NCBI GenBank assembly: GCA_964406105.1
Contig: CAYOQK010000022.1
Span: 14,053-78,052 of the forward strand
Source: an uncultured bacterium
Lineage (GTDB): Bacteria; Hydrothermota; Hydrothermia; WGAB01
Length of the DNA stretch: 64,000 nt
Reading direction: 5' to 3'
The position numbers and the translations under genes were made by a program. The number at the start of each line of letters is the position of its first letter. The first letter of the stretch is position 1. This document shows, piece by piece, positions 35,470-45,372 of the stretch. The notes beneath the pieces were generated by a model that saw nothing but the letters and a program-made list of their open reading frames with translations, searched no databases and had not been told where the DNA came from.

Positions 35470-37248
35470 TTGGGATTGCTCTGGACCCAGGAGGGGCGTA
35501 AACTTCGGCCGACGAAAAGGAGGCCATCGGTGGATTCCCGCGAGTTTACCCTTCGTGCCCTGATTCTTGGCATCCTGCTGGCTGTCGTGTTCGGTGCTGC
35601 CAACGCCTACCTGGGGCTTAAGGCCGGCATGACCGTATCGGCCTCTATCCCGGCCGCGGTGGTGAGCATGGCCATCCTGCGCGGCTTGCTCCGGTCTGGC
35701 ACGGTGCTGGAAAACAACATGGTCCAAACCATCGCCTCGGCGGGCGAGTCTTTGGCGGCCGGCGTGATCTTCACGGTGCCAGCCCTCCTTCTGCTGGGCC
35801 TTAATCCCTCGCTTTTCCTCATCTTTCTGGTGGCTGCCACCGGAGGGCTCTTGGGGGTGCTGCTCATGGTGCCCATCCGAAAACACCTGATAGAGGACGA
35901 ACACAACACCCTGCCCTATCCCGAAGGCACCGCCTGCGCCGAGGTGTTAGAAGCTGGTGAAGAGGGGGGCAAGAAGGCCCGTGAGGTGTTCCTGGGAATG
36001 GGCCTGGGGGCCCTGTTCAAAGCCCTGCCCGCAGGAGCCAAACTCTACCCCGGCGCTCCCTCCGTGTTCCTGCGGCCCCTCAAGACCCTGCTGGGTGTGG
36101 ACCTGTCGCCCGCCCTTATCGGAGTAGGCTACATCCTCGGGCTCCGGATCTCGGCTCTGGTCCTGGCTGGAGGCGTGCTTGGCTGGTTCGTGTTTATCCC
36201 CTTGATTGCCTGGCTCAAGGGCATCCCCGTAGTCAACGCCGAGGCCGTGTTTGACCTGTGGCACACCCATATCCGCTACATCGGGGCGGGAGCGGTGCTG
36301 GCCGGGGGCATCGTGAGCCTCCTCCGTAGTGGTCCGGCCATTGCCGCCACCCTTCGGCATCTGCGATTCGGTCATGGTCGCCGCGATCTTCCCCTCGGTG
36401 TGGTGTTCACAGGTGTCGCCCTGGGGTTTCTGTGGCTCTGGTGGGGGCCCTGGTTTGGCCTGGGGCTTTACGGCGCCCTGTTTTCGGTGATCTTTGCCTT
36501 TCTCTTCGTGCTGGTGTCCGCCCGCATCGTGGGCATCGTGGGGAGTTCCTCCAATCCCGTGTCGGGCATGACCATCGCCACCCTGCTGGTCACCTCCCTC
36601 ATCTTCGTAAAACTCGGGGCGCAAGGCACCACGGGGATGCTCCAGGTGCTCACCCTGGGGGCTGTGGTGTGCATTGCTGCCGCCATCGCTGGCGACACAG
36701 CCCAGGACCTGAAAACCGGATTCCTGGTGGGTGCCACCCCCTGGAAACAGCAAATCGGCGAATTGGTAGGCGTGTTGACCTCTGCGGTGTTCATCGGCTG
36801 GACCCTGTACCTGCTGCATCATGCATACACCATCGGCTCCCGCGAGCTCTCGGCCCCTCAGGCCACCCTGATGTCGCTGGTGGTCAAAGGGGTGTTTGAA
36901 GGCAACCTGCCCTGGTTCCTGGTGGGGACCGGGGTATTCACCGCCCTCAGCGTGGAACTCTTGGGAATCCACTCCTTGCCCTTCGCCGTGGGCCTTTACC
37001 TGCCCCTGGAACTCTCCACCTCCTTGGTCTTAGGGGGACTGGTGGCCCATCTCACGAAGAACAGCAACCAAGGAGTGCTCTTCGCCTCCGGTTTGGTGGC
37101 CGGAGACGCCCTCACCGGGATCCTCATCGCCCTGGTGCTCACCGTGGGCCTGCGGCTCCCCCACGGGCCTGGTCACCCCGCCCTGGCTTGGGTTGCTTTG
37201 GGCTTGCTGATGCTCTTGCTTTATCTGCGTGCCCGTAGCCGGCCATGA
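35470..37248 (+). CDS. OPT-family oligopeptide transporter
   Basis: 592 aa, about 16 TM segments. N-terminal SREFTLRALILGILLAVVFGAANAYLGLKAGMTVSASIPAAV and the overall pattern are typical of the bacterial OPT superfamily. Confidence 0.8.
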   Translation: MGLLWTQEGRKLRPTKRRPSVDSREFTLRALILGILLAVVFGAANAYLGLKAGMTVSASIPAAVVSMAILRGLLRSGTVLENNMVQTIASAGESLAAGVIFTVPALLLLGLNPSLFLIFLVAATGGLLGVLLMVPIRKHLIEDEHNTLPYPEGTACAEVLEAGEEGGKKAREVFLGMGLGALFKALPAGAKLYPGAPSVFLRPLKTLLGVDLSPALIGVGYILGLRISALVLAGGVLGWFVFIPLIAWLKGIPVVNAEAVFDLWHTHIRYIGAGAVLAGGIVSLLRSGPAIAATLRHLRFGHGRRDLPLGVVFTGVALGFLWLWWGPWFGLGLYGALFSVIFAFLFVLVSARIVGIVGSSSNPVSGMTIATLLVTSLIFVKLGAQGTTGMLQVLTLGAVVCIAAAIAGDTAQDLKTGFLVGATPWKQQIGELVGVLTSAVFIGWTLYLLHHAYTIGSRELSAPQATLMSLVVKGVFEGNLPWFLVGTGVFTALSVELLGIHSLPFAVGLYLPLELSTSLVLGGLVAHLTKNSNQGVLFASGLVAGDALTGILIALVLTVGLRLPHGPGHPALAWVALGLLMLLLYLRARSRP

Positions 37249-37985
37249 GGGAACCCCAATTCGCTTACCGGCTGGACTTGGAGTACGACGGTACCGACTT
37301 CTTCGGCTGGCAAATCCAACCGAACCAGCGCACGGTACAGGGAGAGCTGTTGGCTGCTGCCCAGCGGCTATTTCCCCACCCGCCGATTCAAATCGTGGGG
37401 GCCTCGCGCACGGATCGGGGAGTGCATGCGCGTCACCAGGTGGCGGTGCTCCGCACCTCCCAGCCCCGCCCTCCTGGGGAGATCCAGTCGGCCCTCAATG
37501 CCCTGACGGGCGACGACCTATGGATTCACCGGGTTACCCCTGTGCCGCTGGAGTTCCATCCCAGGTACCAGGCCCGGGCCAAGCGATACCAGTATCGGGT
37601 GGTGCGGGGGCACTCTCCTCTTCGGCGTCGGTATGCATGGGAGTTCCCCCTGCCCTTGAACGTGCCCCTGCTGCAGCGGTTGGCTTCCCAACTTTTGGGC
37701 GAACACGATTTCAAACTCCTGAGCACGGATCCCAGGGAAAACACCCGCATCGCCCTCTTGGAATCCCATTGGAGGGAAAGGGACGACGAATTGGTGTACA
37801 CCGTGGTGGCCCCTCGGTTTCTTTACAAGATGGTCCGAATCCTGGTGGGCACGATGGTGTTGGCGGCGGCGGGCCGTTTGCCTGCCGACACCCTGGCCCG
37901 GGCGTTGCAGGGGCAACGGGTCCGCATCGCTGTAGCACCGCCCCAGGGCCTGGTGTTGGACCGGATTTTCTTTGAAATGCCGTAA
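37245..37985 (+). CDS. truA: tRNA pseudouridine(38-40) synthase
   Basis: 246 aa with YRLDLEYDGTDFFGWQIQPNQRTVQGEL...GASRTDRGVHARHQV, which contains the catalytic Asp in the RTDxGVHA motif. Confidence 0.85.
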   Translation: MREPQFAYRLDLEYDGTDFFGWQIQPNQRTVQGELLAAAQRLFPHPPIQIVGASRTDRGVHARHQVAVLRTSQPRPPGEIQSALNALTGDDLWIHRVTPVPLEFHPRYQARAKRYQYRVVRGHSPLRRRYAWEFPLPLNVPLLQRLASQLLGEHDFKLLSTDPRENTRIALLESHWRERDDELVYTVVAPRFLYKMVRILVGTMVLAAAGRLPADTLARALQGQRVRIAVAPPQGLVLDRIFFEMP

Positions 37986-39297
37986 AATTTTGCTGAAACC
38001 TGAACCTTTGGAGGTCTCTGCTATGGGGTTTTTCCTTCCCTGGTTGCTCCTGGCTGTCACCGTGCAGGAGCGGGTTTTGCCCAACGGTATGCGGGTCATC
38101 CTGAAGGAGGACCACTCTGCCCCCTTGGTGGATGTGACCGTGGTGGTTAAGTCTGGGGCGGTGTATGAAGCGGACTCCACCTTGGGGATGACCCACTTCC
38201 TGGAACACCTCCTGTTTGACGGCACCGAAACCCAAACCCGCGAGCAAATCCGCGACCGGTTTGATGAAAAGGGCATCTACTTCAACGCCTTCACCCGACA
38301 CGACTTCACCGCCTACCTGATCAACGGCCCTGCGGAGTTCATTGACGACGGCATCCGGAACCAAGCCGACATGCTCATGCACTCCATTCTGCCTGAGCAC
38401 GAGTTGGAAAAGGAACGCCAAGTGGTGATTGAGGAGATGCACAAGGACCGCGCCCGCCCCTCCGAGGTGGCCGACGAGATCTTCCGCAGCATCGCCTTTG
38501 CCGGCTCCCCCTATGCCAAACCGGTTCTGGGCTACGAGGAGCAGATCCTGCGGGTGAAGCGGGGCACCGTGTACCGCTACTACAAGGCCTTTTATCGGCC
38601 CGACAACATGATCGCTCTGGTGATCGGGGACTTTGACCCGGACCATATCGTGCGGGTGCTGGAAGAAGCCTACGGCCCTTCTCCCGACACGCCCCTGCCA
38701 CCCCCTCCTGAGATCCCACCCTTTGACCCAAAGGGCACCCAAGTGGTGGAACGCACGTGGCAGTTTCCCAGCACGTACCTGATGGTGGCCTTCCCAGCGT
38801 TGCCCCCCGATGACCCCCGGGCACCTGCCCTGGAGGTGCTGGTGGGGTTGTTGAACAGCGAGGGAGACTCACCGTTCCTGCAGCGAGTGCTGGCTGGCGA
38901 TCCGCCGCTGGCTGTGGAGGCCAGCTTCTCCTACGATAAGCATTTGGGGCTCAACGTGATCCAGCTCACTGCCCGCCCCAACTCTCCCCGGGACGCCCGA
39001 CGCATCCTGGAGATCCTGAACGAAACGCTCCAGGACCTTTCCTGGATTACCCCCGACAAGGTGCGTCGCACCCGTACCGCCCTGGCGGCCGAGCATGCCT
39101 TTGCCACCGAGAGCTTCACCTACGAGGGGATGTACCTGGCCTATTGGGTAGCCTTAGGGGGCAGTTATGACCTGTACCAACGGTTCTACGAGGGCATCAA
39201 ACAGGTAACGGCCGATGCTGTTCAACAGGCAGGTGAGGCGGTGTTCCATCCCCTCCGGTACGTGGCGGTGATCGTGGGACCAGGAGGTCAACGATGA
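37972..39297 (+). CDS. M16-family zinc peptidase (insulinase-like, catalytic partner)
   Basis: 441 aa with the inverted zinc-binding motif HFLEHLLFDGTE (HxxEH). The true start is likely the ATG at 38023 (MGFFLPWLLLAV, a signal-like segment). Confidence 0.8.
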   Translation: MKCRKILLKPEPLEVSAMGFFLPWLLLAVTVQERVLPNGMRVILKEDHSAPLVDVTVVVKSGAVYEADSTLGMTHFLEHLLFDGTETQTREQIRDRFDEKGIYFNAFTRHDFTAYLINGPAEFIDDGIRNQADMLMHSILPEHELEKERQVVIEEMHKDRARPSEVADEIFRSIAFAGSPYAKPVLGYEEQILRVKRGTVYRYYKAFYRPDNMIALVIGDFDPDHIVRVLEEAYGPSPDTPLPPPPEIPPFDPKGTQVVERTWQFPSTYLMVAFPALPPDDPRAPALEVLVGLLNSEGDSPFLQRVLAGDPPLAVEASFSYDKHLGLNVIQLTARPNSPRDARRILEILNETLQDLSWITPDKVRRTRTALAAEHAFATESFTYEGMYLAYWVALGGSYDLYQRFYEGIKQVTADAVQQAGEAVFHPLRYVAVIVGPGGQR

Positions 39298-40622
39298 ATC
39301 TGCAGAGGCGTTGGCTTTTGGGCCTTTCGCTGGTGGTAGGGCTTTTGGGCCTGGGGTGCACCCAGAAGGCGGAGAAACCCATCGTAAAAACCGTTTTGCC
39401 CAACGGCCTTACGGTGATCGTGAAAACGGTGCCCGGCACGCAGGTGAGTGCGGTCCACCTGCTGGTGGGCCACCGGATGGCCTTTGAGAAGAACCCTGGC
39501 GAGAGCAACCTGGTGCAAATGATGCTGAGCCAAGGGGCAGGCGACCTGGACCGCCAGGCCATCGCCCGACGTTTGGAAGAACTGGGAGCCCACCTCAAAA
39601 CCTACGACAACCCGTACTTTCCCTTTGACGACTACTACAACTCCCGCGACTTCGCCTACGTGCGGCTCAAGGTCCTTTCTGAAAACCTGGACCCTGCGCT
39701 GGAGTTCTTTGCTACCCTGGTGCGTCGCCCCACGTTTCCGGAAAAGGAACTGGAACGGGTGAAGGCCCGGGTATTGGCCACCTTACAGGAGAACCAGGTG
39801 ATCCCGGATAAGGTGGCGCGCCTCCGGTTTTACAGTCTGATGTTCCAGGGTTCGCCCCTGGCCCATCCCATCCTGGGCACCCCCGAAACCGTGGCCCAGA
39901 TCACCCGCGACGATCTGGTGCGGTACCACCAGGCCGCTTACGTGCCCGGCAACTGCATCCTAACGGTGGTATCGGATCGGCCGGCCGAGGTGGTGCTCCA
40001 GCAGGTACGACACTTGTTCGGCGATTGGTCTGGCCGTCCCCAGGTACCGGTGGATTCTGCGGCCTTGGTGCCCCCTGAGCCCACCACCGTGGAGATCCCT
40101 GTGCCCGGCCACCGGGCGTACATCTACATGGGAACCAAGATCCCGGGGTTGCAGAGTTTGGACGCTCCGGCCCTTCGGGTGGCGGCCATGGTACTTTCGG
40201 ATCGGATGGCTGGAGAACTGCGCGAAAAACGGGGCCTGGCGTACCGCTTAGGGGCCTTTACCCGGTTCTACAGCCCAGGGGTGGGGGTCTTTGCGTTGGT
40301 CATGGGCACCAGTTCCAATAAGTACCCCGAAGCCCGGGCAGGCATGCGCGAGATGCTGGAATCCTTGGTTAAGCAGCCGCCTACAGAGCAGGAGCTTCGG
40401 CGAGTGATCAACGCCTCCTGGGGAAGCCACCTAAGGTACCATCAAAAGAAGATCAACCAGGCCTATTTCCTGTCGCTGTACGAGTACCTGGGCACCGGGT
40501 ACGAGTACGATCTCTCACAGATCCAACTGCTGCGACAGGTCCGGCCCCAGGATGTGGTGCGGGTGGCCAAGACCTACCTGAAGCCGGATCAGATGGTGCT
40601 GGTGGCTGCTGGCGGCTTCTAA
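39294..40622 (+). CDS. M16-family peptidase-like protein, non-catalytic partner (lipoprotein-type signal)
   Basis: 442 aa. It has a signal peptide with a lipobox-like LGLGC and an M16 fold pattern, but no HxxEH motif (VGHRMAFEKNPGE instead). It overlaps the upstream M16 gene by 4 nt, as is typical of paired M16B subunits. Confidence 0.75.
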   Translation: MNLQRRWLLGLSLVVGLLGLGCTQKAEKPIVKTVLPNGLTVIVKTVPGTQVSAVHLLVGHRMAFEKNPGESNLVQMMLSQGAGDLDRQAIARRLEELGAHLKTYDNPYFPFDDYYNSRDFAYVRLKVLSENLDPALEFFATLVRRPTFPEKELERVKARVLATLQENQVIPDKVARLRFYSLMFQGSPLAHPILGTPETVAQITRDDLVRYHQAAYVPGNCILTVVSDRPAEVVLQQVRHLFGDWSGRPQVPVDSAALVPPEPTTVEIPVPGHRAYIYMGTKIPGLQSLDAPALRVAAMVLSDRMAGELREKRGLAYRLGAFTRFYSPGVGVFALVMGTSSNKYPEARAGMREMLESLVKQPPTEQELRRVINASWGSHLRYHQKKINQAYFLSLYEYLGTGYEYDLSQIQLLRQVRPQDVVRVAKTYLKPDQMVLVAAGGF

Positions 40623-40628
40623 GAGCCC

Positions 40629-41585
40629 ATGGCCAGGGTTTCCCTCCTGATCCCGGCCTATAACGAGCGGGAGGTGGTGCCTGCCCTGCTGGAGGAACTG
40701 GAGGCCTTCTTTCGCCAACGAGGGTTGAGCCCACAAGACGTGGAAGCCGTGATCGTGGACGACGGCTCCACCGATGGCACCTTCGCCCTGCTCCAGCAGG
40801 AACTCGCCCGGCGCCCCTTCCTTCAACCCTTCGTCAAACTGGGGCGGCACACCAAGAACCTGGGCAAGACCGCAGCCCTGGTCACGGCGGCCAACCTGGC
40901 CACGGGCGAGGTCTTCGTGGTGTTTGACGCGGATCTCCAGTACACGCTGGAAGACGCCCTCAAACTCGCCCACCGGGTAGAGCAGGAGGGGTACGACCTG
41001 GTGGTAGGGTGGAAACAGGGCCCCTATCCCAAGCGGTTTGTCTCCAACATTTACAACCGCCTTTCCCGGTGGCTCTTCCAGTTGCCTATCCACGACATGA
41101 ACGCCATGAAGGCCATCCGGGCCGAGGTGTTTTATCTCTTGGCCCTGCGTAAGGATTGGCACCGGTACATCGTGCCCCTGGCCGTAGAGCGGGGGTTCAC
41201 CGTGACCGAGGAAAAGGTGCGCCTGCGGCCCCGACGGGCTGGCAAGAGCAAGTACACGGGGTTCTGGCGCATTGTGGTGGGGATCGCCGACCTTCTCGCC
41301 GTTAAGTTCCAATTGACGGTCATGCGGAAACCCCTGCTGTACCTGGGAACCCTCAGCGTCGTGTTCTTTGGCGCCGGCCTGGCGGTGGGCCTCTTTGCCT
41401 TGTGGTTGCGATACGGCCTGCACCATGGGTACCGGCCCCTGCTGTACCTGGTGATCCTTTTGCTTCTCCTGGGCGCCATCTCCCTTACCCTGGGGCTTTT
41501 GGGCGAGGTGGTGTCCGGAGTAGAAGACCGGTTTGACACGCTGGAACGCCGCTTGTTTCGGTGGTTTGAACGTCCCAGGGATTGA
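40629..41585 (+). CDS. Glycosyltransferase family 2 (polyprenyl-phosphate sugar transferase-like, DPM1/ArnC-type with a C-terminal TM anchor)
   Basis: 318 aa with N-terminal SLLIPAYNEREVV...VIVDDGSTDGT, a DAD motif (FDADLQY) and two C-terminal TM helices. Confidence 0.8.
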   Translation: MARVSLLIPAYNEREVVPALLEELEAFFRQRGLSPQDVEAVIVDDGSTDGTFALLQQELARRPFLQPFVKLGRHTKNLGKTAALVTAANLATGEVFVVFDADLQYTLEDALKLAHRVEQEGYDLVVGWKQGPYPKRFVSNIYNRLSRWLFQLPIHDMNAMKAIRAEVFYLLALRKDWHRYIVPLAVERGFTVTEEKVRLRPRRAGKSKYTGFWRIVVGIADLLAVKFQLTVMRKPLLYLGTLSVVFFGAGLAVGLFALWLRYGLHHGYRPLLYLVILLLLLGAISLTLGLLGEVVSGVEDRFDTLERRLFRWFERPRD

Positions 41586-41599
41586 ACCAGGAGGTTTGT

Positions 41600-43318
41600 A
41601 TGGACATCCAAGGCAAAACCATCCTGCTCCTTGGTGGGGCAGGTGAAGTGGGCATGGCCATTGCCCGGAAACTGCTGGAAAACCCTGAGAGGCCGCGGAA
41701 ACTCGTGGTAGCCTCCCTGAAACAAGAGGAGGCCGAGGAAGCCGTGGCCATCCTCCAAAGGGAGTTCCCCGAGGCCGGCGTGACCTTTGACATAGAGTAC
41801 GGCAACATCTTCGTGCGAGAGGAGTTCAAAGACCGGGCCTGGTGGGAACTCCAAGCCGATCCGGCATGCCAAGAGGCCCTGATGGACGATATTCTGAATG
41901 AACTCAGCCCGGAGATCCTCCAAAGCTCCACGCTGTACCGCATGATTCATCGCCACAAACCCCACCTGATCGTGGACACCATCAACACCGCCACCGCTTT
42001 GGCCTATCAGGACGTGTACACCACAGCAAGGGAGGCCCGGGCCCTGCTGGGCGACGGCGATGAGGAGAAACTGAAGGCGGTGGTGCGACGGTTGCTTTCC
42101 ACCCTATACATTCCCCAACTGGTGCGCCACGTGCAGATCATGCATCAAGCGATGAAGGAGGTGGGGGTACAGCTCTACCTCAAGGTGGGCACCACGGGCA
42201 CTGGAGGCATGGGGCTCAACATTCCATACACCCACGGTGAAGAACGTCCTTCACGGGTCCTTTTGTCCAAGTCGGCCGTTGCGGGAGCCCATTCCCTATT
42301 GCTGTTCCTGGCCGACCGGACACCCGAAGGCCCCATAGTGAAGGAGATCAAACCCGCGGCCCTTATCGCGTGGAAGGCGATCGGTTCAGGCCGCATCCGC
42401 AAACGGGGGCGGGAGTTCCCCCTGTACCAGGTGTCCCTGGACCAAGCCGTGCCCCTGAAACCCGGCACCACCTTTGACCTTCGGCAGTACCAAGAAAGCC
42501 CTGCCGGAGAGGAGTTCTTAGAGGCCGTGTTCGTGGATACCGGCGAGAACGGGGTGTTTTCCCTGGAGGAGTTCAAGGCCATCACCACCCTCCGGCAGAT
42601 GGAAGCGGTGACACCGGAAGAGATCGCTGAGGTGGTGCTGGATGAAATCCGCGGCGACAACACGTCCTTTGACGTGGTGTCGGCCCTGGACGCTTCGGTG
42701 ATGGGCCCCACGTACCGGGCTGGTTTCCTCAGACCGCTGGTGATTCGCCGACTGGAACGCGAGATCCAAAAAACCGGCTTGGATTCTATCGCCTTTGAAA
42801 TCCTGGGCCCTCCCCGGCTTTCCAAACTCCTGTTTGAGGCAGAACTCCTAAAGCGGGCGGTGGGCACGATCCCAGCGGTGCGATCCCTTTCGCCGGATAC
42901 CCTGAGCCGGCGGCTGGTGGCCTATCTCCAGGAACATCCCCGGCTCCTTAGAGAGATCCTGGCGGTGGGGTTGGCTGTACTCCTTCCCGACCAGCGCTTG
43001 GTGTTCGCACGTCGGAGCGATCAACTGCTGGACAAACACTGGGAGCGCACCCCTTGGACCGTCACAGAAGAGCAGATTGAGCACTGGGCCCATAGCGAGT
43101 GGATTGACCTGCGCCCCAAGAACATGGCCCTGTGGCAAGAGCGGCTCCGCCAACTCCAGGAAACCCTGGAACGGGAGAACCAAACCACAGGGTCCCGCTA
43201 CGACCGTCCCTTAGACAACTGGCCCACCAACGAACGGGGCGAACCCCTGGTGGATCCAGGAGAAACCGTAGGCTTCATCTTTATCCAGGAGGATCGGGGC
43301 GCTCGGAAGAAACGCTAA
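41600..43318 (+). CDS. Hypothetical protein with an N-terminal NAD(P)-binding Rossmann fold (saccharopine-dehydrogenase-like) and a large C-terminal region of unknown function
   Basis: 572 aa. The start is set at the ATG at 41600, which has an AGGAGG Shine-Dalgarno sequence 5 nt upstream; the ORF-track TTG at 41582 is not preferred. It has a GKTILLLGGAGEVGMAIARKL dinucleotide-binding motif and a Gly-rich segment (KVGTTGTGGMGLNIPYTHGEE). The remaining 350 aa or more have no recognisable motif. Confidence 0.5.
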   Translation: MDIQGKTILLLGGAGEVGMAIARKLLENPERPRKLVVASLKQEEAEEAVAILQREFPEAGVTFDIEYGNIFVREEFKDRAWWELQADPACQEALMDDILNELSPEILQSSTLYRMIHRHKPHLIVDTINTATALAYQDVYTTAREARALLGDGDEEKLKAVVRRLLSTLYIPQLVRHVQIMHQAMKEVGVQLYLKVGTTGTGGMGLNIPYTHGEERPSRVLLSKSAVAGAHSLLLFLADRTPEGPIVKEIKPAALIAWKAIGSGRIRKRGREFPLYQVSLDQAVPLKPGTTFDLRQYQESPAGEEFLEAVFVDTGENGVFSLEEFKAITTLRQMEAVTPEEIAEVVLDEIRGDNTSFDVVSALDASVMGPTYRAGFLRPLVIRRLEREIQKTGLDSIAFEILGPPRLSKLLFEAELLKRAVGTIPAVRSLSPDTLSRRLVAYLQEHPRLLREILAVGLAVLLPDQRLVFARRSDQLLDKHWERTPWTVTEEQIEHWAHSEWIDLRPKNMALWQERLRQLQETLERENQTTGSRYDRPLDNWPTNERGEPLVDPGETVGFIFIQEDRGARKKR

Positions 43319-43320
43319 GG

Positions 43321-43983
43321 GTGGAAACCAGCGTGGCCACCCGTGAGGTTTCTCGGTTATACCGCCACCTGCTGGTTCGTTTAGGCCCCCAGGGATGGTG
43401 GCCTGGAGACACGGCCTTTGAGATCGCCCTGGGGGCCATCCTCACCCAAAACACCGCCTGGCGAAACGTAGAACAAGCCCTCCATCGCCTTCGGCAACGA
43501 GGCTGGCTCCAGGCCTCCGCCCTGGCCCATGCTCCACGACACGAACTGGAGGCCCTCCTGCGGCCCACTGGCTATTTTCGCCAAAAGGCCGAACGCGTGC
43601 AACGGTTCGCCCAATGGTGGCTGAATCAAGGGGGTGAAGCCGGCCTGCGCCTTCGGCCCCTGGACGAACTCCGAAGGGAACTCCTTGCCCTCAAGGGCAT
43701 CGGGCCCGAAACAGCAGATTCCATCCTGCTGTATGCCTTTCATCGCCCCATCTTGGTGGTGGACGCCTACACCCGGCGCATCTTGGAACGCCACGGCTTG
43801 CCCATTCCCCGTGACTACGAGGGCCTGCGGCGTTTCTTAGAACAACGGTTGCCCCGCGACGTGGCGGTTTACCAAGAGTTTCATGCCCTGATGGTGGCCG
43901 TGGGAAAACTCTTCTGCCGAGCTCAACCGCGGTGCACAGGATGCCCGGTCCAAGAAGTGTGGGGACCCCCACAAGGGATATAA
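43321..43983 (+). CDS. HhH-GPD superfamily base-excision glycosylase-like protein (endonuclease III / MagIII-like, about 220 aa)
   Basis: GTG start 3 nt after the preceding stop. It has a helix-hairpin-helix plus Gly/Pro-rich loop region, LKGIGPETADSILLYAF...VVDAYTRRI, with a catalytic-position Asp. The C-terminus has only three cysteines (C-x6-C-x2-C), an incomplete 4Fe-4S loop. Confidence 0.7.
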   Translation: METSVATREVSRLYRHLLVRLGPQGWWPGDTAFEIALGAILTQNTAWRNVEQALHRLRQRGWLQASALAHAPRHELEALLRPTGYFRQKAERVQRFAQWWLNQGGEAGLRLRPLDELRRELLALKGIGPETADSILLYAFHRPILVVDAYTRRILERHGLPIPRDYEGLRRFLEQRLPRDVAVYQEFHALMVAVGKLFCRAQPRCTGCPVQEVWGPPQGI

Positions 43984-43992
43984 TACGAACCC

Positions 43993-45372
43993 ATGCAAAC
44001 GTGGCCCTTGCTCCTGTTCGCCCTGTTTCTGCTGCTCACTCTGGTGAATTACCGGTGGGGGCTGTACATCAGTTTGGCTTCCATCACTGGTTACATGATG
44101 TTCCCACACTTCGTCGGGGGCCCTCCCTTCCTATGGCACGAACCCCTGGTACCCTTTGTGTTCGTGATGTTCCTGTACAGCAAAAAGAAAACCCTCACAC
44201 CCTTCTTCGCATTGGACGTCCACTACAATCCCTTGCTCTATGCGACAGGTCTTTTCCTCTTGGTTCTGATTGGCCAGTACTTTCGGAACCCAGTGCTCAC
44301 CTCCCGCTTGGGAGGAAGCGGAGGGTTCCTGCTCTTTTACCGGTTCATCATTGATTTCCTGTTGATGCTCATCGTCGCTGAGGAAAGCCGAACCCCAGAG
44401 GGACGCAAAAGGATCTTTTGGGCTGTGTTGATCTCTGCCCTTTTGACCAGCCTGATCGGGGTTTTGGCGTATTATGCTCCCCAAGTGTACCTGTTCTTAG
44501 ACCGGCTGGGGTTCACCCGGGTGAAGGCCTGGAAGATCTCCATTGATCCCGTCAGCGGGGCTGTCCGATACCTGATGCTCCAGATCCCTTCCTACTTCGG
44601 GGTTCTCCTTATGGTCATCAATCCCCTGAACCTGCGGCCCCGATATCGGATTCCCTTGTTAACGTTCTTCGCCTTTACCCTGGTGCTGAGCGGTGGCCGT
44701 TCCGTCTTCTGGGGCACGTTGGCTTCTGTACTGTTGGCGATCCTCTTCTGGTACCGTCGGCAGATGCTCCTGGTGGTGTCGGTGCTCATCGCCTTTGTTC
44801 TGAGTTTCACCGTGATCACCATGGAACCCGAGATCGTCCCCCCAGCATACCGCCGGGTGTTCCGGATCACAGGCACCGAAAAGGAGATCTCCTTCGTTCG
44901 GTTTAACGTGCACCGGCTCATGATGAAGCAGATCGCCCAGAATCCTATCTTCGGTGTGGGATTCAAACCCGATGTGTTCATCCCCGAGTTCATCCCCAGG
45001 GAGGCAGCCTCTGAATTCGTGCTCAAAAACCTTACCGGTGGGGGGCATGGTTCCTACTACTCCCTCCTGTACTTCTTTGGTTTGGTGGGGCTCCTGCCCT
45101 ATCTCTATGCCATCTGGCGGGCCTTCACCGTGCTCTGGCGATTCCTCCAGGAACCCCAGCGAGAAAGCGCGCGCTTGGCTGCCCTTTACAGCGTATGGCT
45201 ACTCACCACCCTGGCGATGTACTACGCCTTTTATCGGGGAGAAGCGCCACAACTCTTCTTCATCTTTGGCCTGATCAGTGGGCTGGCGATAGAGCACCGG
45301 CTCCGCGAGGAGGCATCTTCCAGGCCTACCGCTGTGGCTTTGGCTGCTACAGGCCCGTCGGCAGGTCAATGA
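43993..45372 (+). CDS. Polytopic membrane protein, O-antigen ligase / Wzy_C-like
   Basis: 459 aa with 10 or more TM helices and a large loop containing H...NPIFGVGFKP, which resembles the Wzy_C / O-antigen ligase signature. Confidence 0.5.
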   Translation: MQTWPLLLFALFLLLTLVNYRWGLYISLASITGYMMFPHFVGGPPFLWHEPLVPFVFVMFLYSKKKTLTPFFALDVHYNPLLYATGLFLLVLIGQYFRNPVLTSRLGGSGGFLLFYRFIIDFLLMLIVAEESRTPEGRKRIFWAVLISALLTSLIGVLAYYAPQVYLFLDRLGFTRVKAWKISIDPVSGAVRYLMLQIPSYFGVLLMVINPLNLRPRYRIPLLTFFAFTLVLSGGRSVFWGTLASVLLAILFWYRRQMLLVVSVLIAFVLSFTVITMEPEIVPPAYRRVFRITGTEKEISFVRFNVHRLMMKQIAQNPIFGVGFKPDVFIPEFIPREAASEFVLKNLTGGGHGSYYSLLYFFGLVGLLPYLYAIWRAFTVLWRFLQEPQRESARLAALYSVWLLTTLAMYYAFYRGEAPQLFFIFGLISGLAIEHRLREEASSRPTAVALAATGPSAGQ

